Assembly (NCBI GenBank): GCA_902523885.1
Contig: CABZAV010000003.1
Location: 11,527 to 75,526 of the forward strand
Reading direction: 5' to 3'
DNA: 64,000 bases
Source of the DNA: an uncultured SAR86 cluster bacterium
GTDB taxonomy: Bacteria > Pseudomonadota > Gammaproteobacteria > Magnimaribacterales > AG-339-G14
Made by a program: the position numbers and the translations under genes. Positions 1 to 9,808 of the stretch are shown in pieces. The notes beneath the pieces were generated by a model. It worked only from the letters and a program-made list of their open reading frames with translations, was not told the origin of the DNA and did no database searches. Every line of letters begins with the position of its first letter. The first letter of the stretch is position 1.

Positions 1-652
1 CAGTAATTGAATCAATTACTTTTTTTTCTCGATACATTCGATGACCAACAATCCAATCAACTACTGAATGAGGATTTTCCATAACGTTACCATGTCCAGG
101 CGCAATATATTTTAGATCTATTTCTTTCAGCAATTCTAGAGAATCAATATATTGTTTCATATTTCCATCTGGTGGAGCTATGACTACAGTTGATCCATCC
201 ATAATATGATCGCCAGTAAAAATTAACTTTTCTTCTTCAAGCAAAAAACAAAGATGATTGGAAGCATGCCCGGGAGTGTGAATAACTTTCAAAGTATATT
301 CTGCTTCATTAATTTCATCGCCATGTTTCAATTCTTTTTTTGTTTTGAAAGTAGGATCTTGCATTTCCTTGTGAAGAGGATACATCCCCATAATAGGTGC
401 AGCTGTCCTTTGATGAAGTAATTTTGCGCCCGGAGAATGATCATTGTGAGTATGAGTAACTAAAATTTGTTTTATATCTTCTCCACAAATCTTTGCGATA
501 TTTTCTACATGCTCTGTTGATGCAGGGCCTGGATCGATGACTGTAATTTCTTGATGGCCAACTAAATATGTATTAGTGCCTCCACCAGTAAATACTCCTC
601 CGTTATCAGCAGTAATTCTTCTTACCAAAGGTGATATTTCAATGATCTTCAT
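1..652 (-). CDS. MBL-fold metallo-hydrolase (3' end runs off the window)
   Basis: Not in the ORF track because it has no stop in the window. My minus-strand translation from the ATG at 652-650 reads MKIIEISPLVRRITADNGGVFTGGGTNTYLVGHQEITVIDPGP...QILVTHTHNDHSPGAK...VIHTPGHASNH...FTGDHIMDGST. It carries the HxHxDH zinc motif of the metallo-beta-lactamase fold. Its start overlaps the stop of the upstream Nudix gene by 14 nt. Confidence 0.75.
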   Translation of the reverse strand, partial: MKIIEISPLVRRITADNGGVFTGGGTNTYLVGHQEITVIDPGPASTEHVENIAKICGEDIKQILVTHTHNDHSPGAKLLHQRTAAPIMGMYPLHKEMQDPTFKTKKELKHGDEINEAEYTLKVIHTPGHASNHLCFLLEEEKLIFTGDHIMDGSTVVIAPPDGNMKQYIDSLELLKEIDLKYIAPGHGNVMENPHSVVDWIVGHRMYREKKVIDSIT

Positions 653-1508
653 AACCTTCGTCGCCTGGAAGCAAACCTATCATTTTTCCATCTTTCATAA
701 AAAATTTTGGTTCGATTGACGAAACCTCGCTTTGACACTTAACCTTATTTTCTAATAACTCATCTGTGGACGAGAATCCTACAATTGCCTCAAGATTTCT
801 AATAGTCGGCAATATTATTGGAAATTTACCTTCTTCACCGCCCCTGATCGCGTTTTCTGGAGTAATCCATGTACTTTCTACTCCTTCGCTTCCATCATGT
901 ATTGCTTTTTGATCTGATGGCGCCAAAGCAATAAAAAATCTTGTGCTATAACGCTTCATTTCCATTTTAGGTGTAATCCAATGTGATACATAAGCCAGCC
1001 TATCTACAGCTAATTTTAAATTTAATTGTTTACACAACTCTAATAAAACTGGCTCGCCTCTATTAAGTTTATCTCTATATGAAGCTAATATTTCTACCTC
1101 TTCATCATCGGAAGCTCCAAATAAATCGCCATTTTCTCTATAAGCAAGTAGCACGCCACATTCTTCAAAGCACTCTCTTATGCATGCTATCCAATAATTT
1201 AATCCACCGCTTTTAACATTGAGAATTTGTGAAGCCATCTCATCAGTTAAACCAGAACAAAAACTATTTATTTCTATTTCTTCGTCAACAGGATCAAGTT
1301 TTCCCCCAGGAAAAACCCACGCTCCCCCAAAATTTGTTTTTGCATTTCTCTTGATCATAAAAACTTCAATTTCATTTTCAAGAGCCCTAACCAACAGCAC
1401 TGTGGCTGCTGGTTTAGGATCTGAAGGTGGGGCTCCAGGCTCAGCTTTCTGAATGTTCACAGATTCTTGTTTAGACAAGATTTCAGGAAATTCTTGATCT
1501 TTTGCCAT
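639..1508 (-). CDS. Nudix family hydrolase
   Basis: 289-aa ORF with a Nudix-box-like signature, 'FPGGKLDP...' followed by 'IRECFEECGVLL' (REx2EExGU). Substrate unknown. Confidence 0.7.
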   Translation of the reverse strand: MAKDQEFPEILSKQESVNIQKAEPGAPPSDPKPAATVLLVRALENEIEVFMIKRNAKTNFGGAWVFPGGKLDPVDEEIEINSFCSGLTDEMASQILNVKSGGLNYWIACIRECFEECGVLLAYRENGDLFGASDDEEVEILASYRDKLNRGEPVLLELCKQLNLKLAVDRLAYVSHWITPKMEMKRYSTRFFIALAPSDQKAIHDGSEGVESTWITPENAIRGGEEGKFPIILPTIRNLEAIVGFSSTDELLENKVKCQSEVSSIEPKFFMKDGKMIGLLPGDEGYEDH

Positions 1509-1514
1509 TTAAAA

Positions 1515-2492
1515 CTAGGCAACGAATTTAGAAAGTCTGGCTTTTATTATTTCTTCTGCATCTGAAACAATTCTTTCAACAAGATCAGAACAAGTTGGAA
1601 TATCATGAATCAAGCCCGCAACCATTCCACAACTCCAAGCGCCTGCATCCATGGTGCCTTCCTGCATTATTTTTGGATATACTCCTGCAACTTCATCCAT
1701 GATATCTGTAATTTGAATATCATCTCCAAGAGCTTTTTCTTTCTCTAAAATTTTATCTACTGCTCCATTCGCTAAGACTCTCTCAGTATTTCTTAAAGGT
1801 CTCATAATTAACTTGGTATCAAGCTCTGATGCAGCTACTAATGCTTCTTTAACATTTTGATGAACAGGAGCTTCTTTAGTAGCAATAAATCTGGTACCCA
1901 TATTTATTCCGTCCGCTCCCATTGACAAAGCAGCTGCTAATTGTTGTCCATTACCCATGCCTCCTGATGCAACAAAAGGAATAGATAATTCCTCTGCAGC
2001 TCTTGGAAGGAGGATCATATTTGGAATATCATCTTCTCCTGGGTGCCCACCACACTCAAAACCATCGACACTTACTGCATCACATCCAATTTTTTCTGCC
2101 TTTAATGAGTGTCTAACAGAGGTACATTTATGAATTACCTTGATTCCTGCACCCTTCAAGTCCGGCATATAAGCTTCAGGACTTCTTCCAGCAGTTTCAA
2201 CTATCTTTATGCCACCTTCAACAATAGCTTGGATATAACCAGGATAATCTGGCTCCTGAAATCCCGGTAAAAAAGTTAAATTAACTCCAAAAGGTTTATC
2301 AGTCATTTCATGGCATTTTGCTATTTCCTTTGCTAAGTCTTCAGGACTTTTTTGAGTAAGGCCAGTTATGATTCCTAGCCCTCCAGCATTTGCAACTGCG
2401 GATGCCATTTCTGCAAAACCTACATAATGCATTCCCCCTTGAATGATTGGGTGTTTAATTCCAAACATTTCTGTGATTTTCGTTTTAATCAT
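1515..2492 (-). CDS. Nitronate monooxygenase / NPD-family FMN oxidoreductase (FabK-like)
   Basis: The N-terminus 'MFGIKHPIIQGGM' and the motifs 'ASGGMGNG' and 'GADGINMGTRF' are typical of the 2-nitropropane dioxygenase / enoyl-ACP reductase II TIM-barrel family. Confidence 0.8.
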   Translation of the reverse strand: MIKTKITEMFGIKHPIIQGGMHYVGFAEMASAVANAGGLGIITGLTQKSPEDLAKEIAKCHEMTDKPFGVNLTFLPGFQEPDYPGYIQAIVEGGIKIVETAGRSPEAYMPDLKGAGIKVIHKCTSVRHSLKAEKIGCDAVSVDGFECGGHPGEDDIPNMILLPRAAEELSIPFVASGGMGNGQQLAAALSMGADGINMGTRFIATKEAPVHQNVKEALVAASELDTKLIMRPLRNTERVLANGAVDKILEKEKALGDDIQITDIMDEVAGVYPKIMQEGTMDAGAWSCGMVAGLIHDIPTCSDLVERIVSDAEEIIKARLSKFVA

Positions 2493-2538
2493 CTTTTATC
2501 TCTCCAAAAAAATTAATTAGTACATTACTATATCTATA

Positions 2539-3417
2539 ATGACGAGGGTTGCAATAAATGATACAAACAACTTCAAAAAAATAATGAAAGCGAAAAAAAT
2601 AAATTCCTTAACACTTAAAAAGAAACTTACTAGATCTTCCGATGCTTATAAAGGGGAATTTGGACATGTGCTAGTTATAGGAGGGAATATTGGATTTGGA
2701 GGAGCTGGTCTACTGGCTTCCAGAGCTTCAGTAAATTGTGGAGCCGGTTTAGTATCTTTAGCAACCAGATCCAGTCATGTATCTGCCTCGTTGAATTTTT
2801 GCCCTGAAGTTATGGTCAAGCCGGTTGACTCAGGTCAGGCTCTTGAAAAATACTTGGATTCGCCATCGGTAATTTGTTTAGGTCCAGGTCTAGGGCAGGA
2901 CTTTTGGTCCGAACAAATGATATATAAATCTTTAGAAGCGGCTAAAAAAAATAATGTGCCCATGCTTATTGATGCAGATGGCCTGAATCTTTTGCCTAAG
3001 TTTATAAAAAAATTACCTCTACCGAAAAAACTAGTTCTTACCCCGCATGTTGGGGAAGCCTCAATACTTTTAAATACATCTAAAGAAAAAATAAAAAAAA
3101 ATAGAGTAATGAGCGCTAAAAGAATTTCAAAAAAATATTCAGCGGTTGTTGTTTTAAAAGGAGAAAACTCAATTATTTGTTGGAAAGATAAATATTTTAT
3201 CTGTGAAAAAGGGAACGCTGGAATGGCTACTGGAGGAATGGGAGATGTCTTAAGCGGAGTAATAAGTAGTTTTATTGCTCAAAAAATGACGTTGTTAGAT
3301 GCTGCATGTTTAGGTGTCGAATTACATGCCGAAGCTGCAGATGAATACTCCGAAGCTATTGGAATAAATAGTCTAACCCCAACCGATGTCCTAGATATTA
3401 TTAAAGAACTTATTTAA
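2539..3417 (+). CDS. nnrD: ADP-dependent NAD(P)H-hydrate dehydratase (YjeF C-terminal domain only)
   Basis: Carries 'YKGEFGHVLVIGG', 'LTPHVGE' and 'GNAGMATGGMGDVLSG'. It sits directly upstream of tsaE, as in many gammaproteobacteria. The true start may be the ATG at 2584 (MKAKK...). Confidence 0.8.
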   Translation: MTRVAINDTNNFKKIMKAKKINSLTLKKKLTRSSDAYKGEFGHVLVIGGNIGFGGAGLLASRASVNCGAGLVSLATRSSHVSASLNFCPEVMVKPVDSGQALEKYLDSPSVICLGPGLGQDFWSEQMIYKSLEAAKKNNVPMLIDADGLNLLPKFIKKLPLPKKLVLTPHVGEASILLNTSKEKIKKNRVMSAKRISKKYSAVVVLKGENSIICWKDKYFICEKGNAGMATGGMGDVLSGVISSFIAQKMTLLDAACLGVELHAEAADEYSEAIGINSLTPTDVLDIIKELI

Positions 3418-3425
3418 TAATTCTA

Positions 3426-3869
3426 ATGAAGAATAAATTAACGTTAAGCTCTTTAGAAGATACTAAGAAATTAGGTCAAGAATTAGCTAAAGAAATATTA
3501 AAAAGAAAAGGGGAAGCTGCATTTGTTGTTTTTCTTGATGGCGACCTTGGAACAGGCAAAACAACCCTAGTTAAAGAGGTTATTTTTGCCCTAGGAGTGA
3601 AAGAGAAAGTTAAAAGTCCAACATTTACCATCATTGAACCTTACGAACTTAATAATGAAAATATCTATCATGTTGATCTCTATAGAATAATTGATCCCTC
3701 TGAACTTGAAATTATTGGCCTTAGAGAATATTTGAACGAATCAAATGCAATAATATTTGTAGAATGGCCTGAGAAAAGCTACGGATATTTGAAAAAATTT
3801 GATTTAAGAATTTCCTTGAAACATTTATCTGAAAATGAAAGAAAATGCAGAATTGAACTAAATACCTAG
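3426..3869 (+). CDS. tsaE: tRNA t6A37 threonylcarbamoyltransferase complex ATPase TsaE
   Basis: 147 aa with the P-loop 'GDLGTGKTTLVK' and 'SPTFTI..YE', the YjeE/TsaE pattern. Confidence 0.85.
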   Translation: MKNKLTLSSLEDTKKLGQELAKEILKRKGEAAFVVFLDGDLGTGKTTLVKEVIFALGVKEKVKSPTFTIIEPYELNNENIYHVDLYRIIDPSELEIIGLREYLNESNAIIFVEWPEKSYGYLKKFDLRISLKHLSENERKCRIELNT

Positions 3870-4226
3870 AATTTTTTTTAAATCAGGTTTGAAATAAGTA
3901 TCAGGCTTCATGATCTTACCTACGTCGTTTTTTACAGCTTTTCCGTCAACAAATTTGCTCATGTTTGAGGATCTTACTTCCTCCCAAACTTTATTGAACT
4001 CTATGCCACAACTGGAACACATGCCCATAATTACCCACACCATATCTGCAAGCCCGTCAGCTACTTCTACCAAATCACAGTTTTCAAATGCTTCGAGCGT
4101 CTCTTTATATTCTTCCGTTATTAAATTCATATAAAGTTTTTGCTGATCTCCTTGCAGAGAAAGTTCTTTATTTATTAGTTGATCTCCTGCGCTCATAAAA
4201 TCTTCGACATCTTTTTGATAGGACAT
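3858..4226 (-). CDS. MazG-like (all-alpha) nucleotide pyrophosphohydrolase family protein
   Basis: 122 aa. The acidic metal-binding pattern 'ITEEYKETLEA ... EVADGLADMVWV' is typical of MazG / PRA-PH-like NTP-PPases. The substrate cannot be inferred. Confidence 0.55.
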   Translation of the reverse strand: MSYQKDVEDFMSAGDQLINKELSLQGDQQKLYMNLITEEYKETLEAFENCDLVEVADGLADMVWVIMGMCSSCGIEFNKVWEEVRSSNMSKFVDGKAVKNDVGKIMKPDTYFKPDLKKILGI

Positions 4227-4293
4227 GAATTCTCCTTAACTTAATTACTTTTTTTTAAATACTTCTATATTATTTCAGGTAAACAGTTAAAAG

Positions 4294-4728
4294 ATGGAAA
4301 TTATTTTAAAAGATGGTTCTTACTATGAAATTGAGCAAAGCGATTTAATTTCTTGGCAAAGAACATATCATGAGTGCAATGTTTATCATGAAATAAATGC
4401 AGCTAGAGAATGGTGTCAAGCTAATCCATCTAGAAGAAAAACCAAGAGGGGGATAAAAAGATTTCTTAACGCTTGGCTTTCTAAGGCACATAAATTAAAG
4501 GGAAGCCCCTTTATTTTTAGTAATCAGACAAAATCAAACTCTATTAAAGAATCAATGTACGATATTTCTTGGGTGGAGGAAGAAAATAAGCTAGAAATCT
4601 CCAAGTGGTATATTAAAAACAAAGGATTTTATTTTCTGGATGGCAAAAAACACACTGAGCCTTTCGGCATAAAAAAAGTAGTTAATATTTCTGAAAAAAG
4701 CAAAAGTCTAAAGAAAAATAAGAAGTAA
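4294..4728 (+). CDS. Hypothetical protein (144 aa, basic C-terminus)
   Basis: Long ORF divergent from the MazG-like gene. I recognise no family; the only notable stretch is 'AAREWCQANPSRRKTKRGIKRFLNAWLSKA'. Confidence 0.4.
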   Translation: MEIILKDGSYYEIEQSDLISWQRTYHECNVYHEINAAREWCQANPSRRKTKRGIKRFLNAWLSKAHKLKGSPFIFSNQTKSNSIKESMYDISWVEEENKLEISKWYIKNKGFYFLDGKKHTEPFGIKKVVNISEKSKSLKKNKK

Positions 4729-4787
4729 ATTCTATTTCTTAAAAAAAATTCTTCTGGTATTATGCGCCAGCATATTTTTAAAGAATT

Positions 4788-5192
4788 ATGAAAAAGGAAA
4801 CCCATCCAGAATATAGAGAAGTATTGTTCCATGACACGAGCGTGGACAAGTATTTTTTAATTCCATCAACGTTGAATACCGATCAAACCAAAGAGTGGGA
4901 AGATGGTAAAACTTATCCTTATTATCCTCTTGATATTTCATCTGCTTCTCATCCTTTTTACACAGGAAAACACAAAATTGTAGATACTGGTGGAAGAGTT
5001 GATAGATTCAAAAAACGGTTTGCTAAAACTGCATCAGCTGAACAAAAGTTAGCCGAAGCTCCAACTGAAGAAGTTGTTGAAGTTACTCAAGAAGAAATAT
5101 CTGAAGCTCCAGTTGAAGAAGTCCAAGAAGACGTATCTGAAGCTCCAACTGAAGAAGTTGTTGAAGAAGAAACACCAAAAGAAAAAGAATAA
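4788..5192 (+). CDS. rpmE2: 50S ribosomal protein L31 type B with acidic C-terminal extension
   Basis: Carries '[16 protein letters not shown]...' and '[11 protein letters not shown]...[11 protein letters not shown]' and has no CxxC zinc motif, so it is type B. About 50 extra E/V/P/A-rich residues follow the conserved core. Confidence 0.85.
   Translation: MKKETHPEYREVLFHDTSVDKYFLIPSTLNTDQTKEWEDGKTYPYYPLDISSASHPFYTGKHKIVDTGGRVDRFKKRFAKTASAEQKLAEAPTEEVVEVTQEEISEAPVEEVQEDVSEAPTEEVVEEETPKEKE
5055..5166 (+). repeat. In-frame tandem-like repeats encoding the L31B acidic tail
   Basis: The 28-nt string 'gaagctccaactgaagaagttgttgaag' occurs identically at 5055-5082 and 5139-5166. A diverged copy, 'gaagctccagttgaagaagtccaagaag', lies at 5103-5130. 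Confidence 0.85.
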
Positions 5193-5255
5193 TCCTTAGC
5201 TAACTTTCATTAAAGTTATTCGTTTGAAGATTGCTCTTTTAAAATCTGAAATTTT

Positions 5256-7043
5256 ATGAATTCGAAAGATATAAGAAATATCGCAATTATTGCTCATGTT
5301 GATCATGGAAAAACTACATTGGTTGATAAGTTGCTTCAGCAATCAGGAACTCTTGATAGAAAAGATATTGGTTCTGAGAGAATTATGGATTCGAATGATC
5401 AGGAAAAAGAAAGAGGCATTACAATTTTGGCAAAAAATACAGCTATAAAATGGAAAGATCATAAAATAAATATTGTAGATACCCCTGGTCATGCAGATTT
5501 TGGAGGAGAAGTTGAAAGAGTTTTATCCATGGTCGACTCTGTTCTTTTGCTAGTTGATGCTGTAGATGGGCCAATGCCACAGACTAGATTTGTTACTGAA
5601 AAAGCCTTCGAACAGGGTCTCAATCCAATATTAGTTATTAATAAAATTGACAGACCTGGAGCTCGGCCTGATTGGGTTTTAGATCAGGTTTTCGATCTAT
5701 TTGACCGGCTTGGAGGAAATGACCAACAAATGGATTTCCCTGTTATTTATGCTTCTGCATTAAATGGTGTGGCGGGAAATGAGTTAGAAGATATTAAAGA
5801 GGACATGGCTCCTTTATTGGACTTAGTGCTTAAAGAAGTCAGCCCTCCAGATGTTGATACTGAAAAGCCTTTTCAAATGCAAATAAGTGCTTTAGATAGT
5901 AATAGCTATGTGGGGGTGATCGGCATTGGAAGAATTACTTGTGGAAAACTCAAACCTAACGATCAAGTAATAGTAATTGATGTAAAAAAAGATCAAAGAA
6001 AAGCAAAAATTTTACAGGTCATGAGTCACGATGGATTAGAAAGAATAGAAGTTGAAGAAGCAGAAGCAGGAGATATTGTTTGTATAACCGGAATAGAAAA
6101 CCTATATATATCAGATACTTTGTGTGATCCTGAAAAAGTTGAACCGCTTCCTCCTTTATCTGTAGACGAACCTACTGTAAGTATGACATTTCAAGTAAAT
6201 GATTCGCCTTTTGCAGGGCAAGACGGAAAGTTTGTAACTTCAAGAAATATTAAAGAAAGACTTAAACAAGAACTCTTGAGTAATGTTGCGCTTAGGGTTG
6301 AACCTGGTGAATCATCAGATAAATTTAAGGTTTCCGGTAGAGGCGAATTACATTTGTCAGTTCTAATTGAAAGTATGCGAAGAGATGGTTTTGAATTAGG
6401 CGTATCAAAACCTGAAGTAATTCAAAAAGAAGTAAATGGGGAAATTCATGAGCCTTTTGAGCAAATTGTTATCGATCTTGAAGAAGAGCATCAAGGCTCA
6501 ATTATGGAAGAAATGGGTTTAAGAAAAGCAGAACTAAAAAATATGCAGCCAGATGGAAAAGGAAGAATCAAACTTGAATTTATAGCGCCCTCGAGGGGAA
6601 TGATTGGGTTTAGGTCGCATTTCTTAACTTTAACGAGTGGCTCAGGAATTTTGACAAGTGTTTTTGATCATTATGGTCCAGCTAAAAAAGGTGAAGTTAC
6701 TAATAGACAAAATGGGGTTTTGGTATCGATGACAAATGGAAAAACTTTGTCTTATTCACTATTCAATCTTCAAAATAGGGGAAAATTATTTGTTGGTCAT
6801 GGACTTGATATTTATAAAGGGCAAATTGTCGGTCTTCATTCAAGAGATAATGATTTGCCAGTAAATCCCACTAAGGCAAAACAACTTACAAATGTCAGAG
6901 CCTCAGGCACAGATGAAAATCTAATTTTAACTCCTCATATAGAACATTCTTTGGAGCAAGCTTTGGAATTTATAGAAGACGATGAGTTGGTAGAGGTGAC
7001 TCCAAGCGCTATAAGACTCAGAAAGAAATCTTTTACTTTTTAA
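5256..7043 (+). CDS. typA: Translational GTPase TypA/BipA
   Basis: Carries '[19 protein letters not shown]', '[14 protein letters not shown]' and 'NKIDR'. The 595-aa length and overall pattern match BipA. Confidence 0.95.
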   Translation: MNSKDIRNIAIIAHVDHGKTTLVDKLLQQSGTLDRKDIGSERIMDSNDQEKERGITILAKNTAIKWKDHKINIVDTPGHADFGGEVERVLSMVDSVLLLVDAVDGPMPQTRFVTEKAFEQGLNPILVINKIDRPGARPDWVLDQVFDLFDRLGGNDQQMDFPVIYASALNGVAGNELEDIKEDMAPLLDLVLKEVSPPDVDTEKPFQMQISALDSNSYVGVIGIGRITCGKLKPNDQVIVIDVKKDQRKAKILQVMSHDGLERIEVEEAEAGDIVCITGIENLYISDTLCDPEKVEPLPPLSVDEPTVSMTFQVNDSPFAGQDGKFVTSRNIKERLKQELLSNVALRVEPGESSDKFKVSGRGELHLSVLIESMRRDGFELGVSKPEVIQKEVNGEIHEPFEQIVIDLEEEHQGSIMEEMGLRKAELKNMQPDGKGRIKLEFIAPSRGMIGFRSHFLTLTSGSGILTSVFDHYGPAKKGEVTNRQNGVLVSMTNGKTLSYSLFNLQNRGKLFVGHGLDIYKGQIVGLHSRDNDLPVNPTKAKQLTNVRASGTDENLILTPHIEHSLEQALEFIEDDELVEVTPSAIRLRKKSFTF

Positions 7044-8389
7044 AGTCTCTCTAGAATAGCATGATGGATTTGATCAAATGATCCATTTGATAAGCATATG
7101 ATGTGAGTATTAGGTTCATTGAACTCAGGCAAAAAATTTAAGAATTCTCTAGTCCCGGAACAAGTTGAAAATTTTTTACTTTTTTCAGCTATTTTTTTTA
7201 TTTGATTTTGATTTTTTGAGAAAAGAAAAACGTTATCAGCGTCTTCAAGAGATTTGGGTATTGCTTCATCGTGGTATCCAGATGACATTGTGTTAGATCT
7301 CATTTCTAACAAGCAAATGATTTTCTGATCACCAACTTTTTTTCTTAAACCGTCCAAAGTGTATTTGATAGCAGTTGGATGATGAGCAAAATCATCGTAA
7401 ATGGAGATAGAGTTTTTCTCCCCAATCATTTCCATTCTTCTAGCCGTTCCTTTAAATGCTGAAAGGGACTCTGAAATTTGTTTGTTTTTAAGTCCTAAAG
7501 AGGCGGCGATAATAAAAGTTGCCAAAGCATTTTTTTTATTATGTTCTCCAATTAAATTCCAATTTATTGACCCCTTAATTTTTTTATCGAAAAAGATGTC
7601 AAATGAAGAACATTCAGGATTTTTAATTCTGGCGTGCCAGCCCTTGCTCTTACCTACTGCATCAAATGACTCTTCTTTGCAATAAACACCCATCTCTAAC
7701 AATTTTTTTATGTTTAAGTCATCAACTGGGTAAAATAGCTTTGCATCTTTAGGCAATGTTCTTAGTAAATGATGGAATTGTTTTTTAATGGCGTCTAAAT
7801 CATCAAATATATCGGCATGATCGAATTCCAAATTATTAATCAATAAAGTTGACGGGCTATAGTGAATAAACTTAGAGCGCTTATCGAAAAAAGCAGTGTC
7901 ATACTCATCGGCTTCGATAACAAAATATTTGTGTTTACCAAGATAAGCTGTTGAATCTAAATCTATTGCTCGACCGGCAATCATATAACCAATATCTAAA
8001 CCCGCATCAATCAGCACCTTAGCTAACATTGAAGATGTGGAAGTTTTGCCGTGCGTTCCACTGACTGCTATGACATGTCTATCTTCTAAAATTGATTCAG
8101 TAAGAAATTGTGGACCTGAGACAAACTTAAGTCTTCTTTTTAAGATTTCTTCCATCATTGGATTTCCTCTGGAAACAACATTTCCAATAACAAAGAGGTC
8201 GATGTCATTGGCTATATTTTTTACACTAAATCCTTGATCTACTTTTATCCCTTGTTCTGCCAGTACGTTGCTCATTGGAGGGTAAGCATTTTCATCGCAG
8301 CCAGAAACTTCAAAACCTTTTTGAACCGCTAATTGTGCAAGGCCTCCCATGAAGGTTCCACAAACTCCTAAGACGTAAATTTTCATCAT
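7040..8389 (-). CDS. mpl: UDP-N-acetylmuramate:L-alanyl-gamma-D-glutamyl-meso-DAP ligase
   Basis: Carries 'IYVLGVCGTFMGGLA' and the Mur-ligase P-loop 'VSGTHGKTSTSSM'. The 449-aa length is the Mpl pattern. Confidence 0.9.
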   Translation of the reverse strand: MMKIYVLGVCGTFMGGLAQLAVQKGFEVSGCDENAYPPMSNVLAEQGIKVDQGFSVKNIANDIDLFVIGNVVSRGNPMMEEILKRRLKFVSGPQFLTESILEDRHVIAVSGTHGKTSTSSMLAKVLIDAGLDIGYMIAGRAIDLDSTAYLGKHKYFVIEADEYDTAFFDKRSKFIHYSPSTLLINNLEFDHADIFDDLDAIKKQFHHLLRTLPKDAKLFYPVDDLNIKKLLEMGVYCKEESFDAVGKSKGWHARIKNPECSSFDIFFDKKIKGSINWNLIGEHNKKNALATFIIAASLGLKNKQISESLSAFKGTARRMEMIGEKNSISIYDDFAHHPTAIKYTLDGLRKKVGDQKIICLLEMRSNTMSSGYHDEAIPKSLEDADNVFLFSKNQNQIKKIAEKSKKFSTCSGTREFLNFLPEFNEPNTHIICLSNGSFDQIHHAILERL

Positions 8390-8436
8390 GCTGATTATAT
8401 CTTTTTCCAGAACTACTTTTTTCAGTTATATTTCTC

Positions 8437-9693
8437 ATGATGAATTCAAAAAAGAATGCTTTTTATGCCCAATCAGGTGGGGTTACTGCAGTAATTAATG
8501 CCTCAGCCTGTGGTGTCATCGAGACGGCTGCTAAATCAAAAAAGATCAGTAAAGTACTTTGCGGTGAGAATGGTATTCTTGGGGCATTAAATGAAAATTT
8601 AATTGATACCTCAAAAGAATCAAAAACTACCATTTCTAAATTAAAAAATACGCCTGGTGGTGCATTTGGTTCCTGTCGATTTAAATTGCAAGATCCAGTC
8701 AAACAAAAAAAAGAGTATGAACGTCTCTTTGAAGTTTTTGCCGCTCATGATATTAATTATTTTTTTTATAATGGCGGAGGCGATAGTCAAGACACAACCT
8801 ATAAGGTATCTGAAATGGCTAAAAAGCTAAAGTTTCCTCTTCAGTGCATTGGTATTCCAAAAACTGTAGATAATGATCTGCCCTTTACTGATTGTTCGCC
8901 TGGTTTTGGTTCGGTAGCAAAGTATGTTGCAACTTCAACACTTGAAGCCGGATTGGATGTCAAAAGTATGGCCGCAACCTCAACGAAGGTCTTTATCTTA
9001 GAAGTTATGGGTCGTCATGCTGGTTGGATAGCAGCAGCATCTTGTTTAGCGTCATCTAATTCAGAAGACCCGCCTCATATTATCTTGTTACCAGAAGTGC
9101 CCTTCGAAAAAAATAAATTTCTCACTCAAGTAAAACAGACAGTAAAGAAAAATGGCTTTTGTGTAATTGTTGCTTCAGAGGGAACTCAGATGAAAAACGG
9201 TAAGTTTCTAGCAGATTCAGGATTAACCGATGCTTTTGGCCATAAGCAACTTGGCGGAGTGGCTCCAGTATTGTCAGGGATGGTTTCAAAACTTGGTTTA
9301 AAAAATCATTGGGTTGTGGCTGATTATCTTCAACGTTCAGCTAGACACATCGCATCTAAAACAGATTTAGATCAGGCATATGCAGTAGGAGAATTTGCAG
9401 TAAAACTTGCTACTTCAGGAAAAACTGCAGTTATGCCAATTATAAAGAGAATAAGTGATGAGCCCTATAAATGGAAAATAGATACTGTATCTTTGAAGAA
9501 AGTTGCAAATGTAGAAAAAACAGTTCCAAAAAATTTTATCTCAAAAAATGGTTTTAAAATTACATCTGCAGGGAGAAAATATTTAAGTCCTTTGATTCAA
9601 GGTGAAGCCCAAACTAATTTCAATCTTGGAATTCCTGATGTAGCTTTTCTAAAGAAAAATCTATTAAAAAAGAAATTAAAAAAGTTTAATTAA
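8437..9693 (+). CDS. 6-phosphofructokinase, long (~420 aa) PfkA-family form (possibly PPi-dependent)
   Basis: Carries 'AQSGGVTAVINAS', 'YNGGGDSQDT', 'IGIPKTVDNDL' and 'MGRHAGW'. The phosphoryl-donor call (ATP or PPi) cannot be made reliably by eye. Confidence 0.8.
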   Translation: MMNSKKNAFYAQSGGVTAVINASACGVIETAAKSKKISKVLCGENGILGALNENLIDTSKESKTTISKLKNTPGGAFGSCRFKLQDPVKQKKEYERLFEVFAAHDINYFFYNGGGDSQDTTYKVSEMAKKLKFPLQCIGIPKTVDNDLPFTDCSPGFGSVAKYVATSTLEAGLDVKSMAATSTKVFILEVMGRHAGWIAAASCLASSNSEDPPHIILLPEVPFEKNKFLTQVKQTVKKNGFCVIVASEGTQMKNGKFLADSGLTDAFGHKQLGGVAPVLSGMVSKLGLKNHWVVADYLQRSARHIASKTDLDQAYAVGEFAVKLATSGKTAVMPIIKRISDEPYKWKIDTVSLKKVANVEKTVPKNFISKNGFKITSAGRKYLSPLIQGEAQTNFNLGIPDVAFLKKNLLKKKLKKFN

Positions 9694-9808
9694 ATATACG
9701 ACTTAATTTCGTTAAAATTATTAATTCCTCATTTTTTTTTCAAAGCTTAAGTGCTAATCTTTGTAGCCATTCTCAATGATGGGAATGAGGATTTCTTAAG
9801 GAGAGAAA

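Noticed and set aside
9694-9808. A 115-nt gap after pfk containing partial inverted repeats ('aattcctcat' / 'aatgaggat') and a T9 run, considered as a terminator or small RNA.
   Set aside because: The pairing is short and AT-rich, and the arms are about 55 nt apart. It is not convincing as a terminator or a structured RNA by eye.
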